From Eledone cirrhosa (lineage: Eukaryota), in the NCBI GenBank assembly GCA_964016885.1, contig OZ024741.1:407526001-407590000 (forward strand): 64,000 bases of DNA. Direction: 5' to 3'. Shown piece after piece: positions 14,858 through 28,005 of this stretch; positions within the stretch are counted from its first letter, which is position 1; each line of letters starts with the position of its first letter. The notes under the pieces are model-generated. The model was not told the DNA's origin. It did not search any database and saw nothing but the letters and a program-made list of their open reading frames with translations. The position numbers and the translations under genes were made by a program.

Positions 14858-14908
14858 AGTTTAAGCAAAGAATCGCTGCTTTCACCCTTAACGGGATCTT
14901 CTGAAACT
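14858..14908 (-). ncRNA. Hammerhead ribozyme, CAGAAGA core variant
   Basis: agttt-CAGAAGA-tccc/ggg-t-GAAA-gca...tgc-TT-aaact. The same motif occurs at 35285-35335 (+). Confidence 0.65.
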
Positions 14909-15836
14909 AACAAAGTCAATTTGTAAACGCAGAACTGGATATTTCAAAAAACGTTGCAACCGGAGGAAGACAGGAAGACGATACTTTGGTTCGTGGTAAC
15001 GTTCGCTGGCAAAGAACGGGAAAAAACGAATAATACGTCATTAATAGGAGCGGTGAAAAACAATTACGCGCAAAGACAAAACCACGTTTATGGTATAAAA
15101 GAGGTCGTAGACTAATGTTCTCTTAGGTGGTGCATAGAGACGTTCTCTGGCAATGAACGAAAAAACGAAGATAATAAGTCATATGTGGAGCGTGGAGAAC
15201 AATAGCACGCTAAGACAAAACCACGTAAATGGTATAGCAGAAATCGTAGACTAAAATTCTAACTAGGAGACCAAATGAATCTCCGCTACAGAGTTAAGAA
15301 CAAAGTAAATAAATACAATACAGAAGTAATAGAAACAAATAAATACATACACGCAAACAGATACGTACATACACAAGCATACGCAAAACCTTACCATGGG
15401 TATACAAAACCACGCACATATAAATGTGTGTGTGTGTGTATGCTTGTGTACAAATAAATAAATAATTATATAAAATTATATAAGTAAATAAATACGTATA
15501 TAACAAGCGCACACGCATACCTACATATAAATACACGAATGTTCGAAGACGTAAGTCAACTAAAACAAGAAGTACACATATACACACACCCACCATAAGT
15601 ACGAACCTGCACACTCACGCGGACGCAAAACTCCCGTATACACATAGCCAAACCCTAAATACCAAAATATGTAAAAATTATACGCTATAACAGTCAAATA
15701 TACGTACGAGAAGGTATACATACCTTCACAAAACATACGGGTAATATATACTTACCTATGCAAATAAGTAAAGGAATAAACAAAACATATACTTAGCTCC
15801 CACATCAAGACGTAAAATATCCACGTATAGATCGTG

Positions 15837-17759
15837 CTATCCGTTAGGGTATAACGTGGGGCTGTAATACAGGAAAGTTTTGTGCAATTTATGTTTACAA
15901 GCCGAAATTGCCTCAGATTTTTTGTTTAAGATGTGGTCTGTAGCGTAGAGTATTTCCAGGGCCTCAGCGGCGCAGAGGTCACATGGTCTTTTATTTCCGT
16001 TATACGATCTAGCCCTAGCTTGGATCTCCCAGTGTAACTTATATTGGGTGTGGTTGTCTTTTAGACTCCAGATATAAGCTGAAAGTGACGTCATATTCCT
16101 TCTTAGAGGGTAACGAAAAGAATGGGTATGCATGTAAAGACGCTGCTTGAAACTATTGGCGGTTAACCCTATGTAGGCCCTACGGGACGTGGGTGTTACA
16201 ACCTTACATTTGTAGACAATGTTACTAGAGAGGCATTTCCCGGATAAGGGGCAATCAGCCCGATTCCTACAATTACAGTTAGTACTAACTACAGGGTTGC
16301 ACGTGTTCCTACGGCTAGGTAGTTTAGCTAAATTTGAAGCTGTGATATTATGTGCAAGGTTAGGAGTCGTAGAGTAAGAAATTTTAATAGTATTTCTATT
16401 AAAAATGTTACTATATTTATGTGTAGGGGGAAAATGCTTCGTAATAAGCGAAAGAAAGATCTTAGCTAATGGTGTGGCCACCTCCATATTATATGGTGGG
16501 TTAAACCAACAAATGCGACGGGATCTATTTCTTCTAGGTCTATTTTCGTACTCTGTATATGCTACCTTATCGACAAATCCACTTCGAGCAAGAGCTTCAT
16601 TGTAATAAGTGGAATGGTCGTTGAAAATGCGCTCGTTGGTGGAAAGACGGGAAAGCCTCAACGAAACGTTTCTTACCAGGTTCTTGGTTATGCTGACAGG
16701 ATGGTTGGAATGCTTACTTATGTAATTAAGCGTATCATTCGGCTTTCGATACGGGTAATACAACCCATTCAATAAATTGAGGGTAACGTCGAGGTAATTA
16801 ACGACCGAGAGATTGGCCTCAACCTGTATAGAGAGGTTGAAGCCTTTAAAGAAGGCTGTGAGTTCTTTTCTGAACCTGTCGCAAGCACGAGGTCCGCACT
16901 TAGTCATGGTCAAAAGACCATCGTCACGGTACAAACCACCGCCCGCGTTGGGGAATTCGTCCTTGATAGAGAAAAGAAGGAAAAGGCCAATAAGATCAGT
17001 AACCTCCCCAGAGTCACTGGCGCCCATACTCACGTCGAATGGGGTACTATTGGATTTTTTAATCCAAATAGAGTCGTCGAAATTAATCACCGACTTTCGG
17101 GCATTAAGGATGACATCAACTTCAAAATCTTTAACCACTGTGAGTGTTTTAGCGAAATTGATAGCTCTAAGGAGAAGTGGTAAAGTGATGGAGGAGTAGT
17201 AATTGTTGATGTCGAATTGGATAAAACGGCAATGTTCCTTGTTACATATGCCGTTGAACCAATCAATCACCGTGAAAGAATTGTTCCACGGTGCGAGAGG
17301 GGCCAAGCTTCTAATTTCAGGTATAATTCTTTCAAGAATCGTTTTACTAAGTCTACCTAAATCGGACTTCGTAGGGTTAATAAGCCGAATAGAGGGGTTG
17401 TTCGGAAAATTGGATTTGTGATCCTTCAGGGTAAAGTGGGGAGAGATAGGGTCCAGAGGTTCGGTCCGGTCCAGGATGTTGAGATCAGATGTGATTTTAA
17501 ACCCAGCATCGTTGATTTCTTTGATGACGCACCGATTAGTTTTACGGTAATCCTTAGTTACAGCATTATGTAGTAGTTGATGGTAAGTACTGCGCTCCAC
17601 TTGATATAGATTGCCAGTTTTGTCGGAATGGACGTGCACGGCGTTAGAATCCTTAATAGAACGAATTCTATTCTTCAGGTCTTGCTGAAAGGAATTGCTC
17701 CTATTCCGAAATTTGATATTCCGAATGAGTTCCAAGACATCATTTTCGAAGGGTAGCAA
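15837..17759 (-). CDS. PLE reverse transcriptase + GIY-YIG endonuclease (Nematis-like, inferred)
   Basis: Motifs DKTGN, FDINNYY, SMGAS, YRDDG, NYLDV, WFNPP, a CxCx5Cx5C linker, NIVY...YIGLT...R..H and a C-terminal CxxC/CxH. The frame stays open upstream to ~17850, so the listed start is not the true start. Confidence 0.93.
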   Translation of the reverse strand: MLPFENDVLELIRNIKFRNRSNSFQQDLKNRIRSIKDSNAVHVHSDKTGNLYQVERSTYHQLLHNAVTKDYRKTNRCVIKEINDAGFKITSDLNILDRTEPLDPISPHFTLKDHKSNFPNNPSIRLINPTKSDLGRLSKTILERIIPEIRSLAPLAPWNNSFTVIDWFNGICNKEHCRFIQFDINNYYSSITLPLLLRAINFAKTLTVVKDFEVDVILNARKSVINFDDSIWIKKSNSTPFDVSMGASDSGEVTDLIGLFLLFSIKDEFPNAGGGLYRDDGLLTMTKCGPRACDRFRKELTAFFKGFNLSIQVEANLSVVNYLDVTLNLLNGLYYPYRKPNDTLNYISKHSNHPVSITKNLVRNVSLRLSRLSTNERIFNDHSTYYNEALARSGFVDKVAYTEYENRPRRNRSRRICWFNPPYNMEVATPLAKIFLSLITKHFPPTHKYSNIFNRNTIKISYSTTPNLAHNITASNLAKLPSRRNTCNPVVSTNCNCRNRADCPLSGKCLSSNIVYKCKVVTPTSRRAYIGLTANSFKQRLYMHTHSFRYPLRRNMTSLSAYIWSLKDNHTQYKLHWEIQARARSYNGNKRPCDLCAAEALEILYATDHILNKKSEAISACKHKLHKTFLYYSPTLYPNG

Positions 17760-17895
17760 TGGTGGGTTCCACGGAGGGTTATTATAAGTTTTAAATCCAA
17801 ATTTATCCTGTTTGTTTTCTGCTTTTCGCGGATTATCGAAATAAAAGGCACATTTCTAATAATTTCAAACCAACTCGGTGTTTCGAAAATCACCT

Positions 17896-18148
<253 letters not shown>

Positions 18149-18149
18149 T

Positions 18150-18207
<58 letters not shown>

Positions 18208-18320
18208 AGGTGATTTTCGAAACACCGAGTTGGTTTGAAATTATTAAAAATGTAAATATCCTTACTTGACATTACAGTGGCTAAGTTTATAGCTTCTAAT
18301 CTGAATGGAAAGAGACGGGT

Positions 18321-18392
18321 GATGTGTTGGTGTAAATGATAGCACAGTGGTCCGGATAACTAAAGATGTGAGTTCGACTCCCATGTACGTTA
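18321..18392 (+). mobile_element. tRNA-like SINE head or tRNA pseudogene
   Basis: A-box-like tggtgtaaatgatagca and B-box gttcgactccc. Homolog at 29589-29660. Confidence 0.55.
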
Positions 18393-18733
18393 ATACTCAT
18401 CTTTTATCACTTCTTCGAGGGTTCTTAACCCCACTATCAGGCTAAATAATTTCTTTAATCAAAATACGGGGATAGCTTACATTTGTAATAATAAATATAT
18501 ATATATATATAAATCGTTGAAATATCCGAGACCCCCATTAGACAACTGATGTGGACCCCCACCCCTTCTTGCTTTATTCTTATTCTCATTCCATTTTAAA
18601 GCCTATATATATAGAGAGAGAGAGAGAGAGAGTTAGTTATAGATTTAGATATATATACACATATATATATATATTGTTATAACTGTATGTGTTTCAGGAT
18701 ATATTAGTCAAATCAAATATCTCATTTTAGTTT

Positions 18734-18788
<55 letters not shown>

Positions 18789-18818
18789 ATATATATATGT
18801 ATATATATATATATATAT

Positions 18819-18937
18819 GAAGGCGTGTGGCTGAGTGGTTAGAGAATTGGATTCACAATGTTGAGGTTGTGAGTTCGATTCCTGGACTAGGCGATGCGTT
18901 ATGTCCTTGAGCAAGACACTTTATTTCACGTTACTCC
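18819..18937 (+). mobile_element. tRNA-derived SINE (5' part)
   Basis: gtggctgagtggttag (A box), gttcgattcc (B box), then tgtccttgagcaagacactt. Confidence 0.75.
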
Positions 18938-19208
18938 TTCTACCTGGAGTTGCGACCGATCGATAGTATTAGCAACTGGAAAGACCGACGGAAACATTGT
19001 TTACTCGGTCCGATTTGACGAAAGTCGATCGATCCTTTCTATATATATGTCTATATTCTATCATACTCTATCATGTCAGAGTATAGAGTGCTCAAACGGC
19101 ATACCGCCTATGGAAGCATCATAGCTACCATCAGACACACACACACACTTGGATTTTAGTCTTCAAATTTATTATTATTACTATTATTATTATTATTATT
19201 ATTATTAA

Positions 19209-19321
<113 letters not shown>

Positions 19322-19785
19322 CATTGAAATATTCCCAAGGAAACGTACAAAAAACATATATTCGCTGTTTTCCGTGATATTCCCATTGTCACGTGAAAAC
19401 AAAAACACAAAACCTGCAAATGTATGAAAATGTTTTTATCTGCTGCTATCAATCACAACCACCGACCAGTTTCCAAACGGGACAAAATTGTTCCCAAGTT
19501 ACTATTTCCATGGCAACTTGTAGAAGTATTGATTTTTGTTTTTATTTCTTTCACACTGTTGTAAATCCCTATAACTCGGTTATATATTAATCAGCCTTTA
19601 TCATGATTATTTAGAATATGGCTTCTAACCAACAAGTGAAGGGACGCATCTACACCTACTCACAAAATTAACTTCAATCTATCAATCAAAATAGATGGCT
19701 CATATCGACGGAGTGAAATGTTCTTAACATTTTCTAGTGACTCATATTTCTTGACGAAGGTTTTCCATTCATTATTAAACCCACG

Positions 19786-19976
19786 AGGGCCGTGGATTGG
19801 CAGAATCAGTAGAGCGTCAGACACCATACTTTGCAGCATAGAGTTACGCCCCTTTATTATCTGAGTTCAAATCCCGCCGAGGTTAACTTTGCCTTTCATC
19901 CTTTCGTGGTGGATAAAATAAAGTGCCAGTAATATACTGTGATAATTGCTGGTCTTCTGTTAAAATTAGAAACAAT
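19786..19976 (+). mobile_element. Abundant tRNA-derived SINE (family S)
   Basis: ctgagttcaaatcccgccgaggttaactttgcctttcatcct...gataaaataaagt. Copies at 26949, 29110, 33606, 36255, 36775, 37078, 38200 and 51608. Confidence 0.85.
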
Positions 19977-20269
19977 TATTAGACACACGTGACTCATTAA
20001 AGTACTCGTAACACTATACACTGCATGGTTCCTTGCAAGTTACAAACTTTGATTTGGTTTGAATTAGCGTCCATGTCTATGTATGCATGTATATATGTAT
20101 GTATGTATGTATTTTTTTTTTTTTTTTTTTTAAATTCAATGATGTTCCAGAACAATATAAAAGAGATAATTGGCAATTTAGGTTCTGGAACAAAAAAGAT
20201 AATTGGCAATAAGGGCATGGGCCCCAGGTTATCACAGCCTGGGCCCGCTCGGCATCGTGCCATTGTAAT

Positions 20270-23200
20270 AGATCCAAACAAGGCATTTAGTCTTGGCTGC
20301 TGGAACGTACGGACGCTGCTTGACAGGGATTCCTTGGAGCGTCCTGAACGAAGGACCGCTCTTGTTGCAAAGGAGCTTCGACGTTACGATCTTGACATCG
20401 TGGCTTTATCTGAGACGAGGTTAGCTGGAGATGGTCATCTTACAGAATTTTGTGGAGAATATACATTCTTCTGGAAAGGAAGAGATGAAGGAACTAGAAG
20501 AGAGCCTGGGGTAGGATTTTCTGTTAAGACTGTACTTGTGAATACATTAGAAGAATTCCCAGTAGGGATTAGTGAGCGTCTTATGTCCATGATAATTCTG
20601 CTGGACAAAGGAAGATATACGACCCTGGTGAGTGTGTATGCTCCAACTATGAATTCTGTCGATGAAGAAAAAGTGTCCTTTTACCATGCCTTGGAAGGTG
20701 TTTTAAGAAATATCCCTCAGGCAGACAAAGTCATCGTGCTTGGTGACTTTAATGCTAGAGTGGGTAGAGATTTTAACACATGGAATGTAATCGGAAGGCA
20801 TGGGTGGGAAAGTGTAACAACAATGGTATGCTCCTGCTGCAGATGTGTGAGGAGCTGGATCTGTGTGTTACCAACACCATGTTCCAACAAAAGAACAAAT
20901 TCAAGACCACATGGATGCATCCTGCATCTAAGGAATGGCATCTTTTGGACTACGTCCTAGTCAGGATGCGTGACAGACAGGATGTGCAGTGTGTTTGTGC
21001 TCTTCCTGGAGCTGAGTGCTGGACGGACCACTGCCTGGTACGCGCAAAAGTGAAACTAATCACTAAACGTAAAATCCGGGCTCCTGGTGTTTCCCTGCCC
21101 AAAAGATTGAATGCTGCTCGTCTTAAGGATAAAAATGTGAAGATGACATTGGAAGAAGAGATGCAGGCTGCAGATCTTGGTGAGGATTGGCCGACCCTTA
21201 AAAAGTCGGTTTATGATGTAAGCAGGCGTGTTCTGGGATTGGTGCAGAGAAAACATCAGGATTGGTTTAATGAGAATGATGTACATATAGAAGACTTCTT
21301 GGCTGATAAGAGGCGTGCTCTGTCACGCTACTTGCCGGCAAAACCACAGGAGAGGAATACGTTGCATGAGGAACTCAAGGATGTAAAATCACGTGTTAGG
21401 CGGAGTCTTTCTCAGATGAAGGATCAGTGGTGGATTGAGAAGGCTGGTGAGATACAAACTGCGTCAGATTCCAATAACACAAAGCTGTTGTACAGTCTCT
21501 TGCGTGAGGTTTATGGACCGTCTTCTCTGGTGACACCGCTTCGCAGCAAGGATGGCAAAGAACTTCTTCGTGACTCACAAGGAATTCTACGAAGGTGGCG
21601 AGAGCACTTTGATGATCTTTTGAATCAGCCGTCTGTCGTCAGTGAAGATTTCCTCAATCTCATTCCAGAAAGTCCTGTGAAAGTAGCTCTCGCAGAACCT
21701 CCGACGCTTGTGGAGTATACAGTGGCTATTTCGAAGCTGAACAGTGGAAGATATCCAGGTATGGATGGCATACATGCTGAGCTCCTACAATATGGTGGTG
21801 AGAGACTCCTGCAACATCTTCACTCTTTGTTTGGCAGGATATGGGCTAATGAATCCGTACCTGAGGACTGGAGAGATGCAGTAATGGTGGTCCTGTACAA
21901 GGGAAAGGGTAATAGGAATGATTGTGGGAACTACAGAGGTATATCATTGCTTTCTGTCGTAGGGAAAGTTTTATGTAGGGTGCTTCTGGACCGTCTGCTG
22001 ACACACATTGCAGATTGTGTTCTTTCTGAAAGTCAATCTGGTTTTCGTGCTGGACGCGGCACTACTGATATGATCTTCTCAGCTAGACAGCTCCAGGAGA
22101 AGTGCATGGAACAAGGCTTGGATCTGTATCAGGTTTTTGTCGATCTGACAAAAGCTTTCGATACTGTTAACAGAGATGCATTATGGAAGGTTCTCCAGAA
22201 ACTTGGTTGCCCTGATAAGTTCCTTGCTTTAGTTAGGTCTCTCCATGACGACATGAAGGCTTGGGTTAATGTTGGAGGTAACATGTCGGAGCCTATCTCA
22301 GTAAAAAATGGAGTGAAACAGGGGGATATTCCAGCACCGACCCTGTTTGCCATATACTTTGCAATGGTTTTCTGTATTGCATTCAGGAATTGCGAGCATG
22401 GTGTTTACATCCGATATCGAACCTCAGGCAGCATATTTAACATCAGGCGCTTTGCTGCAAAGACAAAAGTATTTACATCAATCATACGAGACCTCTTGTA
22501 TGCAGATGATTGTGATCTTGTAGCGTACACAGAGAGTGATATGCAGCACATTTTGAATCCATTTTCTGACGCTTGCACTGCCCTAGTATTGACTGTCAGT
22601 CTCAAGAAAACCGTCGTCATGTACCAACCTGCCCCTGGTAAGCAGTACACTGAACCAAACATCTATGTGTATGGTTAACGACTTGGAGTGGTTGGTCAGT
22701 TTGTCTACCTGGGAAGCACTGTCAATCGATACAACAACCTTGACAGTGAAATCTCACTTAGGATTAGGAAAGCAAGTGATGCTTTCGGAAAGCTAGAAAG
22801 GCGACTCTGGGGTCGGCGAGACATATACAGGAGGACAAAGGTAAAGGTGTACAGGGCATGTGTGCTCTCTTGTCTTCTTTATGCCTGCGATACCTGGGTC
22901 ACATATAGACACCACCTTAAGCAATTGGAGCGTTTCCATCAGATGTGTCTCAGACGGATCCATGGCGTTCACTGGAGGGACCACATCAGTGATGTCGAGG
23001 TTTTGGAAAGCTCTATGTGTGACAGTATAGAAGCTCTTGTGCTTAAGCAACGACTCCGTTGGAGTGGTCACCTTGCCAGGATGAAGGATTCTAGAATACC
23101 AAAACAACTCTTTTATGGCGAGTTGGTTAAAGGAAAACGACCGCCACATAATCCAAAAAAGAGGTATAAGGATTCCTTGAAAGCCTCTCTGAAAGACGCT

Positions 23201-23873
23201 AACATCTCTGCTGATACATGGGAAAATATTGCTGCTGATCGTAATAAATGGAGAAAGACTGTATATGAGGGAAAAGTTGCCTTTGAGGCATCTCGAATCG
23301 CATACGAGAAAGTAAAGCGGGATGTGAGGAAGGGCATTGCTGTTGCACTTCCAGACGGCGAGGGTCCTCCTATGGTGCTGACATGCAGCGTCTGTGCGAG
23401 ACTCTGTCTAAGCAAAGCTGAACTCGAAAGTCATCTTCGCAGTCATAAAGTAAGACCATTGGTTAACTACCAGGCTGCTGTTGGAGATGCTACTCATCAT
23501 GCTTGCCAAACATGTGGTAGAGAATGTAAATCAGCAGGAGGGCTCAAGCGACATGCAAAAGTACACGAACTCCAACCACAGTCGACTATTCCCAGTGAAT
23601 GTTTTGGTTGCCGACTCTGTGCAAGACATTTTAGATCATTGGCTGGGCTAAAAAGCCACATTCGATTGCAGCGCTGTTAGTTGCTATCGTGTGTGTGTAT
23701 GTGTATAGATATGTTTATGTGTGCGTGTATGTGTATATATATATGTATATGTATATTATTATTGTTGTTGTCGTTATTATTATTGTTGTTATTATTATTA
23801 TTATTATTATTGTTATTAATGTATGTGTGTGTGTATATGTATGTGTGTGTATATATGTATGTGTATATGTGTA

Positions 23874-23904
<31 letters not shown>

Positions 23905-23975
23905 TTCTTTTTTTTTCTTTTTTTTTCTCCTCGTGCAATGGCCATACTCGATAAGGAGGGGGCAGCAATCATGTA
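20270..23975 (+). mobile_element. Near-complete RTE/BovB-type LINE, inactivated
   Basis: APE endonuclease (WNVRTL, ALSETR, SVYAPT, GDFNARVG, TDH), RT (YRGISLL, FVDLTKAFD, GVKQG, YADD) and three C2H2 fingers. There is a frameshift near 20805 and a stop at 22676-22678. The 3' end is followed by (ATGT)n. Confidence 0.95.
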
Positions 23976-24187
23976 TGTATGTATGTATATATGTATGTAT
24001 GTATGCATGTATGTATGTATTGCTGTATGTATGCATGTATGTATGTATTGATGTATGCATGTATGTATACATGTATGTATATATGTATGTATGTACGTAT
24101 GTGTGTATGTGTTATGTATGCATATATGTATAGATATATATGAATGTATGAAAGTAGGTACTTAAGTAAGTGTGTATGTATATGTGC

Positions 24188-24535
24188 GGGGACATAGAAA
24201 TAATCGGGCTGGACACCCGATCGCGCGATTAAACCACTGGGAGTGAAGGACCCTAGCCTTTGTCAGGGCATTCCTCTAGGAGATGGCAACTCAGGAAACT
24301 GGGATAACTCCGATATAAAACCTACGGCTCAGTAGTTAACGATGATGTTGATATTTTCTTCTTTTCGAGTTATAGCTACTGTCGCTCAGAGAGTGGGATT
24401 GGCTCAGTGCACAGTCTTTCCTCACTTTAAAAAATATCTTCATGCACAGGCATTGCTCGATAGTATTAATTAATAATTATTAATAATGGTATATCGTGCA
24501 ATGGCCATACTCGATAATGAGAGGGCAGCCATCAT
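24188..24535 (+). mobile_element. Non-autonomous element/SINE with RTE-derived 3' tail
   Basis: 24494-24535 repeats the LINE terminus at 23931-23975 and is also followed by (ATGT)n. Confidence 0.6.
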
Positions 24536-24946
24536 GTATCTATATATGTATGTATATGTGTATGTATGTATGTATGTATGTATGTATGTATGTGTGTTTG
24601 TGTGTGTATATGTGTATTTATAAAGAGATGAGAACGAGAATAAGCCTGATTTTTCCCCAAAATATTTTTTCCTATTTTATCACCGCCTGTCTCCTCAATC
24701 TTTCTATTTCTTCTTTAATTTCTCATTCTATTTTCTGATGAAGGACTAGCGTCCGTTATGTTAAGACTTTTTTTTACTATATCAAGCGTAAAACTAATAT
24801 TATATTTCTTCATTGTACTGTGTTGTTTTGTTTGTAATTTCTGTTTCCCTTTTGCATACACACACACACTCATACATACATACATACATACATACATACA
24901 TACATACATACATACATACATACATACATACATACATACATACATA

Positions 24947-26121
24947 CGAACCCGTTTCTCGAGCAAGTCTATCTGCATGAAACAGATAAGATCATGAGAG
25001 TTGGGAAAGAACTCCTTGAAAGATATTCCCTGTGTGATAATCAAAACCTCAAACCCAGGGATGTCGCTCAGCAGTATCGCAGTGAATCCATGGATGAAAA
25101 ACTGCATGCCTATCAGCAAAAAATCATGCATGGATATGTTGCTAGGAAGCTCCAGAGTGAGAGTAATATAGATAAGGAAAGTAGTCTATCTTGGACCAAC
25201 AACCGCTATATTGGCTCCCACTTTGAAGGATACGCTTTTGCAATCCAGGAACAGGAGATTAGCACGAAATACCTGATTCACAAAAGAGATAGGATGCAGG
25301 CAAAACACCTAGATGTGATAACAAGTGCAGACTCTGCAGAACTAACATCGAGGATATCACCCATGTCATCAGCAGCTGTCCAAAGATGTCATCGCGGTAC
25401 TATCTACTTATGAGGCATGATGTAGTGGCCAAAACACTGTACAATACAGTTCGTAAAAAAATAGACCCGATAATAAACACATTCAAAGCTACAGCAATGT
25501 GGAAGACATCCATGTATATAATATGAAATAGTACTGGTGGAATGTTCCAGTAAAAACCCCAATAAAATGCAGGCATAACAGACCAGATATTATGATATGG
25601 GACAGGGAGAAGAAAACATGCACAGTAGTGGAAATTAGCTGCCCAGCAGATGCCAATATAATATCAAAGATTAGAAATCTGCAGATACTCCACCCTGATT
25701 ACGCCTTCAGATTTATACCTGTGATCATTGGAGCACTGGGATATGTTAGTAACTGCCTCAATATAAATCTTGAGAAGCTAGGCTTCACAGGAACAGAAAG
25801 AACAGAAGTAGTTAGGAAATTACAAGTACAATCCATTAATGGAACAGTAAAAAATATGTAAAACATTCCAAAAAGTTTGCATCTAATAACTGCATATACA
25901 CATATACAGATACAAAGCATATACACATGCACACATACAACTCAAAACATCTACATCCACACATACAATAACATCCATACCTACACACACATGCATACAT
26001 GCAGACATACATACATATCTAGTTGATGTTGTGTAAATTCCAATGAGAGAGTCTTGTGTCTATGTTAGAAACCGACTCGCTTTCTATTGGGAAAACTTTG
26101 TGAAATTATAAAACCAGAAGA
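24947..26121 (+). mobile_element. R4/Dong-like non-LTR retrotransposon 3' fragment (restriction-like endonuclease)
   Basis: FAIQEQEISTK, frameshifted CRLC...HVISSC (CCHC), RHD, RPDI...VEISCP and IPVIIGALG. Flanked by (CATA)n on both sides. Confidence 0.85.
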
Positions 26122-26518
26122 ACATACATACATACATATGAAGGGCTTCTACATTAGTTTCTCTCTACCAAATCCCACACTATTGTTGGTTCATCCGATG
26201 TTAGAGTAGAGATCACTTGCCCAAGGTCTGTTGTTAAAAACTTATTTCTCAGTTCATCATTCTATGAATAGTAGGAAGAAGATCTTCGTCTCGAGAGATA
26301 TACGTCATCATTTCTCGTCAGCCGTCTCAATATGTTGCTAGAGATTCATGTTTGTGCTGGTACACACTTGTATCAGTTTTGTTCACAACCACTGCCATAG
26401 ATGGTCCACACCTGAACTATAGAAATTCTCTTGTGTGAAATATTTCGTGTGATAGAATGGCTTCTAATTCCGACTTGACTTACAATGACATTAGCTTCAT
26501 ATGCTTTCATAGTAGATC

Positions 26519-27200
26519 TACGAGGGACTGCTGAAAGGTCCATAGGCTGCCTAAGATACTCTCATGGAATGACCAAATGAGGTTTATTTTTCAACATAGT
26601 TCCTGGAAAGAAACAATACAATTATTAATAAGAAGAGTTGAAATTAAGGCATGTAAGATTTCACAGCTCTAGCATCTTTCCTGAAAAGTTCATAGTCTGG
26701 CTAAAGTACTCTCATGGAATGACCAAATATGTTTTATTTTTCTACATAGCCTCCGGAAATAAACAATTCAGATATTTATAAGAAGAGTTGAAATTAATTC
26801 ATGCAAGATTTAACAGCTCTAGCATCACTTTTCAAAAGCTTATATGGTGACCATGATGCTTTCAAGGAATGACCAAATAAGGTTTGTTTTTCAACATAGT
26901 CCCCGGAAATAAACAATTAAGTTATTAATGAGAAAATTATAAAATTAATTGTTTCTACTTTTGGCACAAGACCAGCAATTATCCCAGTGTATTACTGGTA
27001 CTTTATTTTATCGACCCCGTAAGGATGAAAGGCAAAGTTAACATCGGCGGGATTTGAACTCAGACCATAAAGGTCCGTAACTCTTTGCTGCAAAGCATGG
27101 CGTCCGACCCTCTACCGATAAAATTAATGCATTCAAGATTTGACAGCTCTAGCGTCACTCCTTTATAGTTAGCCTATGAAGTTTTCAGCTTTCACTCGTA
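26519..27200. mobile_element. Mariner-type MITE with internal tandem repeats
   Basis: Imperfect ~30-bp TIRs (TAcgagggactgctgaaaggtccataggct / agcctatgaagttttcagctttcactcgTA) and three internal ~150-bp units. Confidence 0.65.
26949..27119 (-). mobile_element. SINE family S with target-site duplication
   Basis: Flanked by aaaattaat at 26941-26949 and 27120-27128. Confidence 0.85.
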
Positions 27201-27615
27201 CGCAACAACCTTCAGAAACAGGAGGAAGTTTTTGGTTGTATACTTCATTAAAATACGATTTTATTTTTAGTATTCTTGTAAGAAACACTGGGATGATATA
27301 GTTTAACTCTATGTTGTTTTCTCGTTGCTAAGTTTGTTTTTCAAAAACAGAAGAGTTCACACTATAATTAGTGGAAACGAAAAGAGTAAACTGTAAGCCA
27401 AAGAAATAACAAAAACAAAGAAAGTAGTATTCAGTCAATGAAATTACCGAAATTACTTGTTAGTTGAAGGAACTCGCTCCATTTTCTGGGCATGAGAATA
27501 TACATACATACAGACAAACATACATATATACATACATATATACATATGTTGATACATGCATACATATGTACGCACGCACACTCACACACTTACATATATA
27601 TATAGGAATATATAC

Positions 27616-27705
<90 letters not shown>

Positions 27706-27872
27706 ATGTGTGTGTGTGTGCACGCGCGTGTGTGAATGTATGTGTATATATATATACAAAAAAACTATATATATGTATGTATATATATATATATATATGT
27801 ATGCATGTGTGTGTATATATATATATATATATATTTATATATGTGTGGGGGTGTTTGTGTGTGTGTGTGTGT

Positions 27873-27905
<33 letters not shown>

Positions 27906-27913
27906 AGTGTGTG

Positions 27914-28005
<92 letters not shown>

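Larger units (their letters stand above)
14749..17851 (-). mobile_element. Near-full-length Penelope-like retroelement, family B
   Basis: RT-EN ORF, ~0.9-kb 3' UTR containing a diverged ~140-bp tandem duplication (14999-15267), hammerhead at 14858-14908, and a tail running into (TA)n. pLTR copies occur at 35184-35352 and 63301-63487. Confidence 0.9.

Noticed and set aside
15837-17759. Selenoprotein-type Naiad PLE
   Set aside because: The endonuclease is C-terminal to the RT and there is no in-frame TGA.
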